A program made the position numbers and the translations under genes. The notes under the pieces were generated by a model. The model had not been told where the DNA came from. It saw nothing but the letters and a program-made list of their open reading frames with translations, and did no database searches. From Octopus sinensis (taxonomy: Eukaryota): a DNA stretch of 64,000 bases. Below, piece by piece: positions 1 through 12,392 of this stretch. The stretch's first letter is position 1. Every line of letters begins with the position of its first letter. Location of the stretch: NCBI RefSeq assembly GCF_006345805.1, contig NC_043001.1:53444001-53508000 (forward strand), in the 5' to 3' direction.

Positions 1-1173
1 GTCTTTTTCTACATAGGAACCACCCAGAGTTATGCATTTCTCCCATCGTTTGATGCGGCTCTGGAGACCGTTTTTGTAGAAGAACCCAGCTGAACGTGAC
101 TTCAGAAATCAAGGCTGCGTCATCTGGGAAACGCTTTCCTTTCAAAAACAACTTTATGACTGGGAAGAGGTGAAAATCAGAGGGTGCAAGGTCAGGAAAG
201 TAGGGGGATGGGGGAGGATTTCATAGCCATACGCCTGTGCTTCTGATCTGGCGACAAGCGAGTTGTGGACCGGAGCGTTGTCCTGCAGGAGGAGGATGCC
301 TTTGCTGATCTTGCCCCGCCTCTTGATTTTGATAACTTCTCTTAATTTCCTCAAAAGTGAAGCATAATAGGCTCCTGCAATTGTGGTACCTTTGCCAGGA
401 AATCTGTCATCACTACTCCGTCCTGGTCCCAGAAGACTGTGAGCATGACCTTGCCAGCGGAGGGCTGCACCCTTGCCTTCTTTGGAGGGGGTGAGTCACG
501 GTGCTTCCACTGCATTGACTGGGCTTTGGTCTCTGGATCATCGTGATGGACCCAGGTTTCATCCTGTGTAATCAGTCTTTTGAAAAATGTTGACTCATCT
601 TCTTGGCATATCTCCAAATTCACCCTCGAGCACTCGACGCGTTCTTGCTTCTGGAAAGGCGTGAGTAACCTGGGAATCCATCTGGCAGACACCTTTTGCA
701 TATGCAAATGGTCATGAATGATAGTTTCCACAGACCGGTACTAATCTTGACCTCATGGGCTATTTGGCGAATAATCATGCGTCGATCTTCCGAAATGGCA
801 GCCTCAACTTGACGGACAGATGCCTCATCAATGGCAGAAGGGGCGACCAGATCTGGGAGCTGTTTCCACAGAGTTCCGACCATGTTTGAATTCACGATGC
901 CAGCGTTTTACAAGGTCATATGAAGGGGCATCATCACCATAAGTTACTTTCATTTCATCAAAAGTCTTCCGTGGTGTGCGTCCTTTAAAATACAAAAGCC
1001 AAATCACTGCTCGACACTCAACAGGCTCCATTTCACACTTGACTCGGTTCAAACACTTGTAAATCAGAAACCACAATTAATTCAGAGCTGTAATTTGCCA
1101 CTTACTCTACAGAGATAGAAATGATTGCACATGCAAGTGGGTCAGAGATATTACTTATTGAACGTCCCTCGTA
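1..1173 (-). mobile_element. Mariner (DD34D) DNA transposon; its 3' end runs off the window
   Basis: The 5' TIR (TACGAGGGACGTTCAATAAGTAAT..., 1136-1173) matches the TIR at 46896. Transposase motifs are spread over frameshifted ORFs. Confidence 0.95.
5..1031 (-). pseudogene. Frameshifted mariner transposase
   Basis: N-terminal HTH region (MEPVECRAV...RSGRP), WIPRLL, ITQDETWVHH, QDNAPVH and YFPDLAPSD motifs. The second and third Asp are 34 aa apart. Split across ORFs 828-1076, 620-895, 351-731 and 154-354. Confidence 0.92.
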
Positions 1174-1297
1174 TGTTTTTCACTGTTTGATTTGCCTAAT
1201 ATTGGTTTTGTCTCTAATTTAATATAATATATATATAGAAATATTAAAATTACTATGTCTCTCTAAAAGAGATTACGGCAGCGTTACTGGAAATTAA

Positions 1298-1568
1298 TTG
1301 TTATCGCCATATTAATATGGCAGTCTTATAGATATAAGACTAAAAGCTGCCGCTGATTAGCTCCATGAGGCCATCGCCTTAAGATAGCTATTTGACACAC
1401 AAACTGTGTCCATTATAACCTTCGAACAAGGGAGGTCAGCCGCTTCACAGTGCCAGTCAGACAGCTACAGACCCGTTTCAGGGTATTTGCCCTTTGTCAA
1501 TGGAGCTAATCAGCGACAGCTTTTAGTCTTATATCTATAAGACTGCCATATTAATATGGCGATAACAA
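1298..1568. repeat. Foldback: 69-bp inverted arms with a 133-bp spacer, containing a decayed hammerhead-like motif
   Basis: 1298-1366 is the reverse complement of 1500-1568 with 1 mismatch. The arms contain nested palindromes (GCCATATTAATATGGC). Confidence 0.9.
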
Positions 1569-1572
1569 GTTA

Positions 1573-1694
<122 letters not shown>

Positions 1695-1698
<4 letters not shown>

Positions 1699-2945
1699 CA
1701 GTTGAAGCATAGTCTGGTTTTCAAGTTTCTTTGTGGTATTTTAAAAAGATATAGATTTTTTGTACAATGCTGAAGTGTGTGAAATATTAAAAAAATATTT
1801 TGTAATGTTCATGAAGTTCAATTATCGCTTTCATACGTTCGTAGTAGTTATCCGATTCCAAAATGTATTTCACTGACAGTTGAGTTCTTGACAATTGTAG
1901 TAAAATGACTAACTTCTTCCCTTTTGCACCTCTTAAAAGGCTCGAACAAGACGAATACTTTGAATACGAAAACAATTAACAAAGGCAAAATTGAACATGA
2001 ACAAAGAGGATAAAACATTCACAGTATCCAAGTGTAATGATAACAAATGTGGGACGTGCCAATGCATGCATACTGGTAAATCCATCAGAACAAAAAGAAT
2101 GGACAGATTTTCGCAAATGCAGATGTGAGCTGCAAAAGCTTAAATTTGATCTACTACATTAAATGCCCGTTTTGCGAGGAACTATATATTGGCTAGACAG
2201 GTAATGCATTATGGGAACGATCACGAGTCCTCAGACAACCACTCCGGAGCATTAATGTTCGCCAAGTTCCATTCAGCGAACATATAAAAACATGTGGCCA
2301 GAAAATGTTTCCAATTTTCCTTTCCACAAACTACAGAATTGAGGTTTGAAGAAAGATTTAAAATGACGGCTTATTAAAATGTTCAAATCTGTTCAGAACG
2401 GAAATAACAACAATGATATAAGAACCAGTTAATGATGTGGATTAAAAATATCTTTAACATAAGAATATAAACAAATTACATAAGACTCCCATCAATTGAA
2501 ATGAAATCGATCAAAACCATCTACGTTTGCGCACTCATGAAACCAATACTCGTAAACAGAAAACGAGTTGGTTAATAAGAACGCGGTATCTATGCCAGTA
2601 ATATAGGTAAGCCCGACAAACCGTGATGTTTAAGCTGCATGAGGTTTGGTCAAAAACGTATTCCTGAAATTCGGCTTGTTGGGACATACTAAGAGATACA
2701 AAAAGAAAGAAGTCAGTCATTTTACTTACAGTTGTGAAGAACTCAACTACCAATTAAATACATTTTGAAATCTGATGATTATTACGAAATTATGAAAGTG
2801 CTAATTGAACTTTAGGAAGCTTACAAAATATTTCTTTTTACTGTCTAACACACTTCAACATTATAAAAGTATATAAATTGTTTTAAAATACCATAATAAA
2901 AACGCGAAAACCAGACCATCTTTTGATTTGATTCAACTGATATAT
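1695..2945. repeat. Diverged ~235-bp inverted repeat pair (about 1695-1925 and 2705-2945)
   Basis: The reverse complement of 1695-1925 aligns by eye to 2705-2945 (aagaag..agtcattttact...tcaactgatata), roughly 75% identical. Confidence 0.7.
2012..2380 (+). pseudogene. Penelope-like element GIY-YIG endonuclease relic
   Basis: Translates as KCNDNKCGTC...(frameshift)CKSLNLIYYIKCPFCEELYIG*TGNALWER, which is the PLE Zn-finger plus GIY-YIG pattern, with a stop and frameshifts. Confidence 0.8.
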
Positions 2946-4114
2946 CATTTTCTACACATTTACACATATTCGGAATATATATATGATTATTAAATTGGCT
3001 ATTCGCAATTTAAAACCAAATGACGTAAGTACTAATGTCAGCAAGAGTGACTAAAGGTGCAAGTAAGTACCAGTGTTGCTAAAAAGAAGAGTGTAAACAA
3101 TTAGTCCCGCTCAGGACATTTTCCGTTAGAAAAAAAGTTATCTATTCCCTGACAAGGGAGAGAAGCTCCCTATGCATATAAGGGTGCGATATCAAATTTT
3201 CAGATCAAATTCATCGACATCGGTGACGTTACTCTTTTGCCTAGGGTTAAAGCTAACTCGCCTTGTCAGTTTATAGAAAATACCATCCGAATCATTTGCT
3301 AGTTCACTACGACACACACATATATGTAGTTAATTTCATAGATAAAATATGGAACAGAGTACAATATCGAAAACAAATGTATTGATTTAATCAGAGTAGT
3401 CATTTGTCAATCTCTTTCTACACGCCTGGATGTTTAAGAGAAATTTCAAAATCTGCAATCTCTTGTCTTACAAAATCCCTTGTTTGTGTTTTCCGTTTCA
3501 TTAATTCCATATTTCTGGCTTCATTAGTTTTATCTTTCCTAAGCCCTATATAAGTCCTAATTTATAGTTATTTACATTACCTTTGCCTTCATTATCATCC
3601 TATAACATAATACTGTTGTTTTGTATTTTTTTTGCCTTATTTTATATATTTATATCTTAGACAATTATCTTTTATTTGCAAAATCATATTTTTAACCAGT
3701 CTACACTTGTAAAATTTGACCTTCGTTGAATAGGATGTTTTTCTTGAACTGAACAAGTTTTTATTTCGAATTATGTTTATACTCCTGGTGTTGAAATTTG
3801 TTACACTATGCATAATAAACTAACTGCCTAACACCTAGAAAATTCTATTTTCAACTATTATAGGTTGTAATGTTTACTTTGAAAATTATTTGTTCCCCCG
3901 ACATTGGATGGCGAGTGACAGAGCGCATTATTTACATATCGCACCCTATTTAAAAGCATAAAACTCGGGAAAACATCACATGTAAAAGCAGTAGCATTAT
4001 GTAACATAGAGATGTCTGGAAGGCGTGGACAGATCTACATTTTAGATATGCAAAGTATCCCAGTGTTTCCAAGCTAGGTCTCTTGAGACGATGTTAAACT
4101 CACACAGTGATATG

Positions 4115-4361
4115 TAACAGAGTTCCTACCGGTTTCAGCTAGCGTACGAGCCCCGCTTTCTCAGCAATTCTTTTCTGAATCGATGAACGTCTTTTAATTC
4201 TTTCGTTTAACTTGTAGAGAGAGGAAGAGACAGAACAAGATAGACTAGGGAGTGAGAGAGGTGGTATAAATACCTTTGAGAGATTATTGCCACGACTGTC
4301 TCCTTCTTACTGTTGTTAGTGTTATTATTGTCTGCTCTTTAGTATCATTGCTTCGGTGCTA
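4115..4361 (-). mobile_element. PLE pLTR-like segment with an eroded hammerhead; also copied at 6641-6851
   Basis: The minus strand reads CTGAGAA-agc...gct-GAAAC-cg-GTA. The segment is clearly duplicated at 6641-6851. Confidence 0.5.
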
Positions 4362-5617
4362 CTATGGTAATTGATGTTGCTCTTGCTACTGATGTTACTG
4401 TCACCGATGGGTTTGCTACTGTTGCAGTTTCTCCTTCTATTACTGTTGCTCCTGTAAACACTGTTGGTGTTCTTCGAGTTGATGACGTTGTTTCTGTGGT
4501 TGGTGGTGTTTCAATGAGCCAATACTAATGTCCTAGTTGTGATGACAGTGGCGATAAACAATGATATGATTGGTGTTTGTAAAGGGGTCTTGCAAAGATT
4601 GGTGTTTGCAAAGGGGTCCTTGCGAATGGATTATTGGCGTCTGGTTATCAAAAGTTGACAACTAAACACAATAAAATAACCAGCATTCATACTGCTGTTA
4701 CAGTTGTTTTACTGAATTTATAATATTGTTGTTAATAGTGGTGGAGATAATGTTGATATCGTCGCCTGATTTGCTTTAAGACAGCAAGGATTCGGAAGCA
4801 AGGCAGCCTGTCATTTATAACATTCAGACTACTCTCTTATGTCTCATTTTCCCTTAAATTGACGTACATTTCACCTTCGACGTTTTCTAATGTATGCCTA
4901 TGAGTCTGTATGTCTGTGTAAGTGCGTAAGTGTGTGCATGTTTGTGTGAGTGCATGTTTGCGTGTGTGTGGTGTGTGTGGTCTCACTGTCTGTCTGTGTG
5001 CTATATATTCGTTTTTGGCTTTTGTTCTGTTTTGGTTTTTGTTCTGTTTTGGCTTTTGTTCTGTTTACTCACGTTTCTAGTATAACTATTAATACTGGGC
5101 GAAACAAATACTCAGACATGACTATTTCAACTCTTTTTATCCGTTAGACAAACGTATAATATTATTACATATATGAATGCCAAGTAGTAACCCGTACTCC
5201 TTTTTTCTTGAGGGATCTAAACAAATGAAATTTTATGCTAATAACTTTGGTCAATACAAAGACTAAAATTGGCATCCAGCCTCTTATTGTCCAGGAATCG
5301 ACAAAACAAATACTCATTATGATACGCTTTTGTCTAACATCACATTTGATGGAAGGTGGGCGGAATAATCAAACAATGACGTATTGATCGAATATCAATA
5401 TTAGTCGAAGTTGCTCGATGATACTTGGTGCTGCCACAAGAGCCCTGATGGTCAGTCATGACATTGTACCTGAATTACAATGGCCGTGCTAGCGCATCAA
5501 AATAGATAATTTATAGGATAAAAAAAATTAAATGATTTGAAATCAGTTTACCTATATTTCGCATACAACAGCTGTGTATTTTGACAAGATGTATGTGACA
5601 ATACTTATCTTGGTATC

Positions 5618-5698
5618 TGTACAAAGAAGTGATATGTGAGTATATTTAATCCTTGGATTATATATATATATATATATATATATGCACAATATATATAT

Positions 5699-5730
<32 letters not shown>

Positions 5731-5772
5731 ATAAATATATATAATATTTATATAATATATATATATATAAAT

Positions 5773-5868
<96 letters not shown>

Positions 5869-5877
5869 ATATATATT

Positions 5878-5915
<38 letters not shown>
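5618..5915. repeat. Long (TA)n tract, ~300 bp
   Basis: Directly visible. Confidence 0.98.
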
Positions 5916-5918
<3 letters not shown>

Positions 5919-6493
5919 TATTAAATTAGAGACTCAATCCTAAATCTGATTTTTCCCTGTAAGTTTGGATTTATTCCCTAATATTTATTATTATTATTAT
6001 ATATATTTAAGTGAAAATAATTAAAGGCGGGCAGCAGGTGCCTGCGCGCCGCATACCGGAGGAATTAGAAATGGCAGTCAAGACTTTTTTTTTCATTTTC
6101 TATAACTGGATTTTCCAAATATGACGAACCCTGCGCGATTCACATACGCAAAAAAACGGAGTAGCAAATAAACGAAACCAATCTCTTACCGTTAATGATG
6201 AACATGTTCTAGATCACAAGCACGAAAATAGCTTGATTTCCTTTATCAACACCATATTCGATAGATTTACCAAATGCCACAAGCCCTCACTTCTGACCAA
6301 GCGACATCAGATAGTGGGGGGAGGTGTGCATATGTTAAAACTAAGTAATGACTGAGAACGTAAATTTTCCCTCCAAAAATTCTGCCGTGCGCGCCGCCCG
6401 GCCGATCGCGATGGAATAAGAAGTCCACATGGTAATACAATAAAAATGGTAAATAATTTTTCAGTGGTTTTTCATATAACCAACAATTATTTA

Positions 6494-7108
6494 CGGGTTG
6501 TTTAATGATGTTGAACGAAACACCCATGTTTCCAAAGGTGAATTATCCAAACTCAAAGAATTCCTCTCAACACATTTGCTCACTAATGAAACCATTACTC
6601 GTAGACAGAAAACTAGTTGGTTAATATGAACGCGGTATCTCCGCTTTCTCAACAATTATTTTCTGAATCGCTGAACGTATTTTAATCCTTTCGTTTAACA
6701 TGTAGAGAGAGAGGAAGAGAGAGGACTAGATAGAGTAAAGAGTGAGAGAAGTGGTATAAATACCTTTGGGAGATTATTGCCACGACGGTCTCCTTCTTAC
6801 TGTTGTTAATGTTATTAGTGTTTGCTCTTTAGTGTAATTGCTTCGGTGCTAATAAGAATTCATCTCAACACATGGTTATGATGCTCCCCACTATTTTCGC
6901 TCGTAATCAGAAATGGATATATCGTCAGCCACTGAAGAACATGCTTAACTGGTTAAAGTGAAACAACCATCATGCAATTCTGTGGTATTGAGCAGAATAT
7001 TTGCTGTATCTCATCTTTGATATCAAGTTTAAACAATGTACATGATAACACTTCCAATCAGTTAAGATGATAAGCCTTGAGAGCCACTGCTTGGCACTGC
7101 ATCATGGC
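6494..7108 (-). mobile_element. Headless (TAA)n-associated element (family D), partial copy interrupted by a 278-bp insertion
   Basis: Homologous to 8036-8603. Insert 6576-6853 is flanked by a 20-bp duplication (6556-6575 and 6854-6873). Confidence 0.85.
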
Positions 7109-7109
7109 A

Positions 7110-7205
7110 TTTTATTGTTATTATTGCTATTATTATTATCATTATTATTATTATTATCATTATTATTATTGTTATTATTATTATTATTATTATTATTAGT
7201 AGTAT

Positions 7206-7254
<49 letters not shown>

Positions 7255-7272
7255 TGTAGTAGTAGTTGTAGT
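7110..7272. repeat. (TTA)n(TAG)n compound microsatellite
   Basis: Directly visible. Confidence 0.97.
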
Positions 7273-7944
7273 ATTCTATGTTTGACTTTTGCTTTACATT
7301 TGTACAAGGTAGCTCCGAATCTCACCCAGAGACCTCATGAGACAACAGCTTGGAAGTTCAGGTTGTTATGCCGAATGTGCCATATATTTTGTTTTGTATT
7401 TAGTGTTGTACTAGTGAATGTCTAACTAGCCATACGAAAATTATGTTTTGTTTTAAAACTTGAGATTACATAGAAAGTATTTTGTGTAGGATATGAGCAG
7501 TTCCCATGAGCACTGACTGTTGAATTTCTGCCATTTTTAGGTTTCCTGGTATCTGAGTTAGGTAGCAATCAGCCCCTTTTGGTATCATTCGCAGGGCACC
7601 TATGACAATAGGTATTGTTTTAGTCTTCAGGTTCCACATTTTGCTGATTTCTATTTCAAGACTGGGACAGTAATATCAATGAGTAGGTATGATTTTTGTC
7701 TGAAGTCTTTCAATATGATGTCTGTCCTATTTGCAGCTATCTTTCTGTCAGTTTGAATGGTGAAGTTCCAGAGGAGTGAGATGTAATCATTTACAAGCAC
7801 TGGATGTGGTTTGCGTTCCCACCGGTTTTTATCATGGGGCAAGTCTATGTGTTTGCAAATTACCCAGTGAATGTATTGTGCAGCTCTATCATGCCTGTTG
7901 AGATACTCTGTAGGTAAAAGAAGATTGCACTTGGAGACAAATTG
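7273..7944 (-). mobile_element. R4/Dong-type non-LTR retrotransposon, 5'-truncated (RLE domain plus 3' UTR)
   Basis: LWNFTIQTDRKIAANRTDIILKD...IDITVP restriction-like endonuclease motif. 3' UTR matches 43270-43370. Flanked by trinucleotide repeats. Confidence 0.9.
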
Positions 7945-7956
7945 TTATTATTATTA

Positions 7957-8035
<79 letters not shown>

Positions 8036-8603
8036 GAGTGAGAGACTAGTGCATGACATCAAAGTGACACTGAGGTAAAATATACGAAGTCCAGTATATC
8101 CATCATGACTACCAGTCTGATAAGGATACACCAGGCATATGCATAACAACCATACGTGCGCGACATGGTAATCTCATATCAAGATAAACAGCACATGACC
8201 TTGCAGGTGGGGCCCAGTTAGAATTTTCGTCTGGTCGAGTGACCCATCCCGCTCAAAAGGTCCCTGAATAAGGGTTGTTTAAAGATGTTGAACGAAATAC
8301 CCAAGTTTCCAGAGGTGATTTATTCAAACCCCAAATAATTCCTCTCAACACATGGCTATGATGCTCCCCTACTACTTCTGCTCGTGATCAGAGATGCACA
8401 TATCGTCAGCCACTAAGGGACATGCTGAAATGGTTACGGTCAAACAACTGACAAGCAAATCTGTGGTATTGAGCAGAATATTTGCTGTAGTCCATCTTTT
8501 ATACCAAGACAAAACAATGTACATGATAACACTTCCAAATAACACTTCCAATCAGTTAAGAACAGAAGCCATGAGAACCACTGCCTGGTACTGCATCAGG
8601 GCA
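8036..8603 (-). mobile_element. Family D element, apparently full length (~570 bp), TTA-flanked
   Basis: Homologous to 31417-31872, 53167-53725 and 6494-7108. No ORF and no tRNA head seen. Confidence 0.85.
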
Positions 8604-8654
8604 TTTATCATTATTATTATTATTATAATTAGTGTTGTAGTTGCTATTATTATT

Positions 8655-8835
8655 AGGCGTAGGAGTGGCTATGTGGTAAGTAGCTTGCTTACGAATCACA
8701 TAGTTCCGGGTTCAGTCCCACTGCGTGGCACCTTGGGCAATTTTCTTCTACTATAGCCTCGGGCCGACCAAAGCATGTGAGCGGAATTGCGTATAGACGG
8801 AACTGAAAGAAGCCCGTCGTATATATGTATATATG

Positions 8836-8902
<67 letters not shown>

Positions 8903-9236
8903 GTATATATATATATATATATCATATATAATATATATATCCTATATATATATATATATATCTACATATATATATACATATATGTATGTATGTATGTATC
9001 CAGTATGTATGTGTATGCATATAGGTTTGTGTGTCTGTGTTTGCACCACGCCACAACATCGCTTGATAACCGATGCTGGTGTGTTTACGTCCCCGTAACT
9101 TAGTGATTCGGTACAAGTGACAGATATAATAAGTACTAGACTTACAAAAATGCCCTGTGGTTGATTTGCTCGACTGAAGGCGGTGCTCACATGGCCATAG
9201 TCATATGACTGAAACAAATAAAAGAGAGTAAAAGAG

Positions 9237-9237
<1 letters not shown>
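8655..9237 (+). mobile_element. tRNA-derived SINE family A with internal (TA)n
   Basis: A-box-like GTGGCTATGTGG and B-box-like GGTTCAGTCCC. Multiple copies in the window. Confidence 0.85.
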
Positions 9238-9302
<65 letters not shown>

Positions 9303-9305
<3 letters not shown>

Positions 9306-11329
9306 TAGTTTATTTTTTATAGCGTGCTTTCACTTCACTACCGAGGCACAGCTCTGGGTGCCTTGGGTATGTGCTGTGATTTGTTGTGATGCTCTGATGG
9401 TTATGTATGGAAAGTGTTCTGCGTAGGATGTGTGCAGTGCCTAGTAGTGTAATTTTCTGTATGTTATATGTGTTTGTAAGTCCTGGTGTTTTTGTTATGT
9501 ATTTGTCTGAATATTTTTGTATCATGCCTAATGCACCTACTATGATAGGAATTGTTTCTGTTTTCAGATTCCACATTCTAGTTAACTCTATTTCCAGGTC
9601 TTTGTATTTTGAGAGTTTCTCCATTTCTTTTAGAGACACGTTGTCATCAGCCGGTATTGATACATCAATTAGAAAGCATTTTTTTCTTCAGATCTCTGAC
9701 AACTATATCTAGTTGTTGGCCTTAATTTTCTCTATCTGTGTGTATCGGCATATCCCAGAGTATGGTTGCTTTCTCGTTTTCTGTGACTTTTTGGTGTGGC
9801 CTATACCATCCTTTTTCTGTTGTATTCCATAATGTTGGCATAGCTTCCAATGTATGTAGGTTCCAACTCTGTCATGTCTGTGAAATATTCCTTCTTAGTC
9901 AAGACCTGGGCAGCTAGAGATAATATGATTATTGTTTCTTGTCCATCTCCCACATATCTGGCAGTTACTTGTAATATTTCTTGTCATTACATGTTTTTGG
10001 TAATTTATGGTGGGGAGGCTTTGGTCTTGTGCTGCAATAAAAAATCCCTCTGTTTCTGCTTTGAGTCCTGAGCTTATCAACCATTGCTGGGATTTTTCTT
10101 TGTCTATTTCTTTTGCGTTAGTTTAGTGCAGTATTACCATAAGGGGCTTTTCTTGCCATCGTTTTATCATGGTTCGTTGCTGTTCTATTTTTAGTTTGGA
10201 TTTCATTTGGTTTATAGCTTTTGTTGTTTCTTCATCTTATTTTTCTTCTTCATGTTTATTAGGTGGTATGATTTCTTGTTTGTATTTGTCAGCTTCCTTA
10301 AATATGAGAAACAGTTTTTGTTTTGCTCGTGTTTTGCCGCTATCTGGATCAGTTTTCCTTCCTTCTGAAGTAGATATTTTTGCAGTCCTATGGTGGTTAT
10401 TTTATAGTAGTTTTCAGCGGTATAAGGCCCTCTGCCCCCTTCTATACGTTGCTATATATAGTCTCTTCTATGTCAGATTTGGTGATGCATCCTAGATCCG
10501 TCATTATTTTTCTTGTTTTCCTATCTATTTTGGTCAGTTCATTCGTGTCCAGTTAAGGATATTGTAGCTGTAACTTATAACTGGGACAGCTCAAAGTGTT
10601 GATACCTATTATCTTGTTTTAGCATTGAGCTCTGTGTTTAGTATTGATCTAACTCGTCTATAATATTCTTTTTTTGTTTCTCTTTCATTTGTGTGTTGTG
10701 TCTTATCTAGTTCATGGATTCCTAAGTATTTGTAAGTTTGGTTGGTCTAATTCTTTTATTTCATTGGTTTTATCTAGTGTGATGTTGTTACTCTTAACTA
10801 GTTTTCCTCTTTTCATGGTTACTTTGGCGCATTTTTCTAATCCAAATTCATATCTATTCTTTGGTAAATCCATGAACTGTATTTAATAGTGTTTCCAGCT
10901 GTTTGTCATTTGCAGCGTATAGTTTTAGGTCATCCATATATAAAAGGTTGGTGATCGTTTGCCGTAACATTTATATCCGCATCCAGTTCTATTTAGCATA
11001 TCAGATAGAGGTGAGAGTGCCAAGCAGAAAAGGAGTGGAGAGAGCGTGTCTCCCTGGAATATCCTCTTCTAATGGGGATGTCTTTGGTTTTCATGAGTCC
11101 CTCTTTTGTTTGGAGGTGTAGGGACTGTTTGCCATTTATTCATAGAGTGCTCTATGAATTTTATGATTGTTGGTGCTACTTTGTTAATGGCTAGTGTTTC
11201 GAGGATCCATGTGTGGGGGATGCTATCAAACGCCTTTCTGTAGTCAATCCAGGCCATACTGATGCTTTCTTTCTTCTGTGGCTGTCTTCAGTTATGAGGC
11301 CTTTATTCTTTCTGTGGCTGTATTAGTTG

Positions 11330-11330
<1 letters not shown>
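9303..11330 (-). mobile_element. R4/Dong-type LINE, ~2 kb, 5'-truncated pseudogene
   Basis: RT motifs AWIDYRKAFDSIPH and YMDDLKLY, a Zn-knuckle region and the RLE end (KYKDLEIELTRMW...IIVGALG). (TTA)n on both sides. Confidence 0.92.
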
Positions 11331-11363
<33 letters not shown>

Positions 11364-11639
11364 TATTATTATTATATTACTATTATTATTATCATCTCAC
11401 ATCATTATTATCATCATCGTTATCATTATCAATATTACGGTTATTTGTTTCTCAATAATTTTGGCGAAATATTGGTTGCATTTGTTTTCTATTGTTCAAG
11501 TCAGATATATTTTTCTCGAAGGTTTGCAATGCACAGGTTTGTGTCGAGGATTTCATAAGACCTGTAATATCGAGTTTAGTCTTTGGAGAACGTTGCCGTA
11601 AATTTCTTTAGTTATCAATTTCTCAGTCTCTAAAATTAT

Positions 11640-12392
11640 ACTCTTACTCTTTACACTTTTTCTCTTCTACTTGTTTCAGTCATCTGATTGTGGCCATGCT
11701 GGAGCACCGCCTTTAGTCGCGCAATTCGACCCCAGGACTTATTCGTCGTAAGCCTAGTACTTATTCTATCGGTCTCTTTTGCCGAACCGCTAGGTTACGG
11801 GGACGCAAACACACCAGCATCGGTTCTCAAACGATGTTGGGGGACAAAGACACACAAACACATACACACGTATGCACATATATAGGGAGAATTTTACGAA
11901 AAAAACAACAAAAGACGAAGACAGGCGGTGTACAAAACAAACAGATGTATTAGTATAACGCTCAGGAATAGAAAAGACATATATATAAGACATATATATG
12001 ACACACACAGAGACACACATACATATACATATATATGACGGGCTTCGTCTCTGTTGCGTTGCATTCTTTCCTTCTGTGGCTGGCTGATTCGGAGCGGATC
12101 TCAGAATTAAACAGCCGAAATCTGCGATGAGGGATCAGTTTCTGACTGAAGAATGAAGGCTTTGAATGACCCGTTTGTCTTTTTGTTCGTCCCTTCGTGT
12201 ATTTCATGTTATTTATTTATGTAAATGTTTATTATATGACGGGCTTCTTTCATTTTCCGTCTACCAAATCCACTCACATGGCTTTGGTCGGCCCGAGCCT
12301 ATAGTAGATGCCACTTGCCCAAGGTGCCACGGAGTGGGACTGAACCCGGAACCATGCGGTTTGTAAACAAGTTACTTACCAAACTTACGCCT
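11640..12392 (-). mobile_element. SINE family A carrying two nested insertions
   Basis: Reverse-complement match to 8655-9237. Extra blocks at ~11882-11985 and 12047-12232. Confidence 0.85.

Noticed and set aside
2776-2800. CTGATGA-ttattac-GAAA as a minimal hammerhead
   Set aside because: No stem II, no valid NUH triplet and no stem I partner.
3181-3947. AGGGTGCGATAT / ATATCGCACCCT as transposon TIRs
   Set aside because: Only 12 bp match, the TA duplication is not clean, and the interior is unrecognisable.
7062-7325. Low-complexity ORFs such as poly-I/L, poly-Y, YIYI, CVCV and poly-D/M here and throughout the track
   Set aside because: They are translations of microsatellites, with no domain content.
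8530-8585. Loose resemblance of the family D 5' region (minus strand) to the U2 snRNA 5' end
   Set aside because: Only two short word matches. No U2 branch-point sequence, Sm site or stem-loops.
8655-8730. SINE heads as functional tRNA genes
   Set aside because: They have A- and B-box-like motifs but no complete cloverleaf, and they continue into shared SINE bodies.
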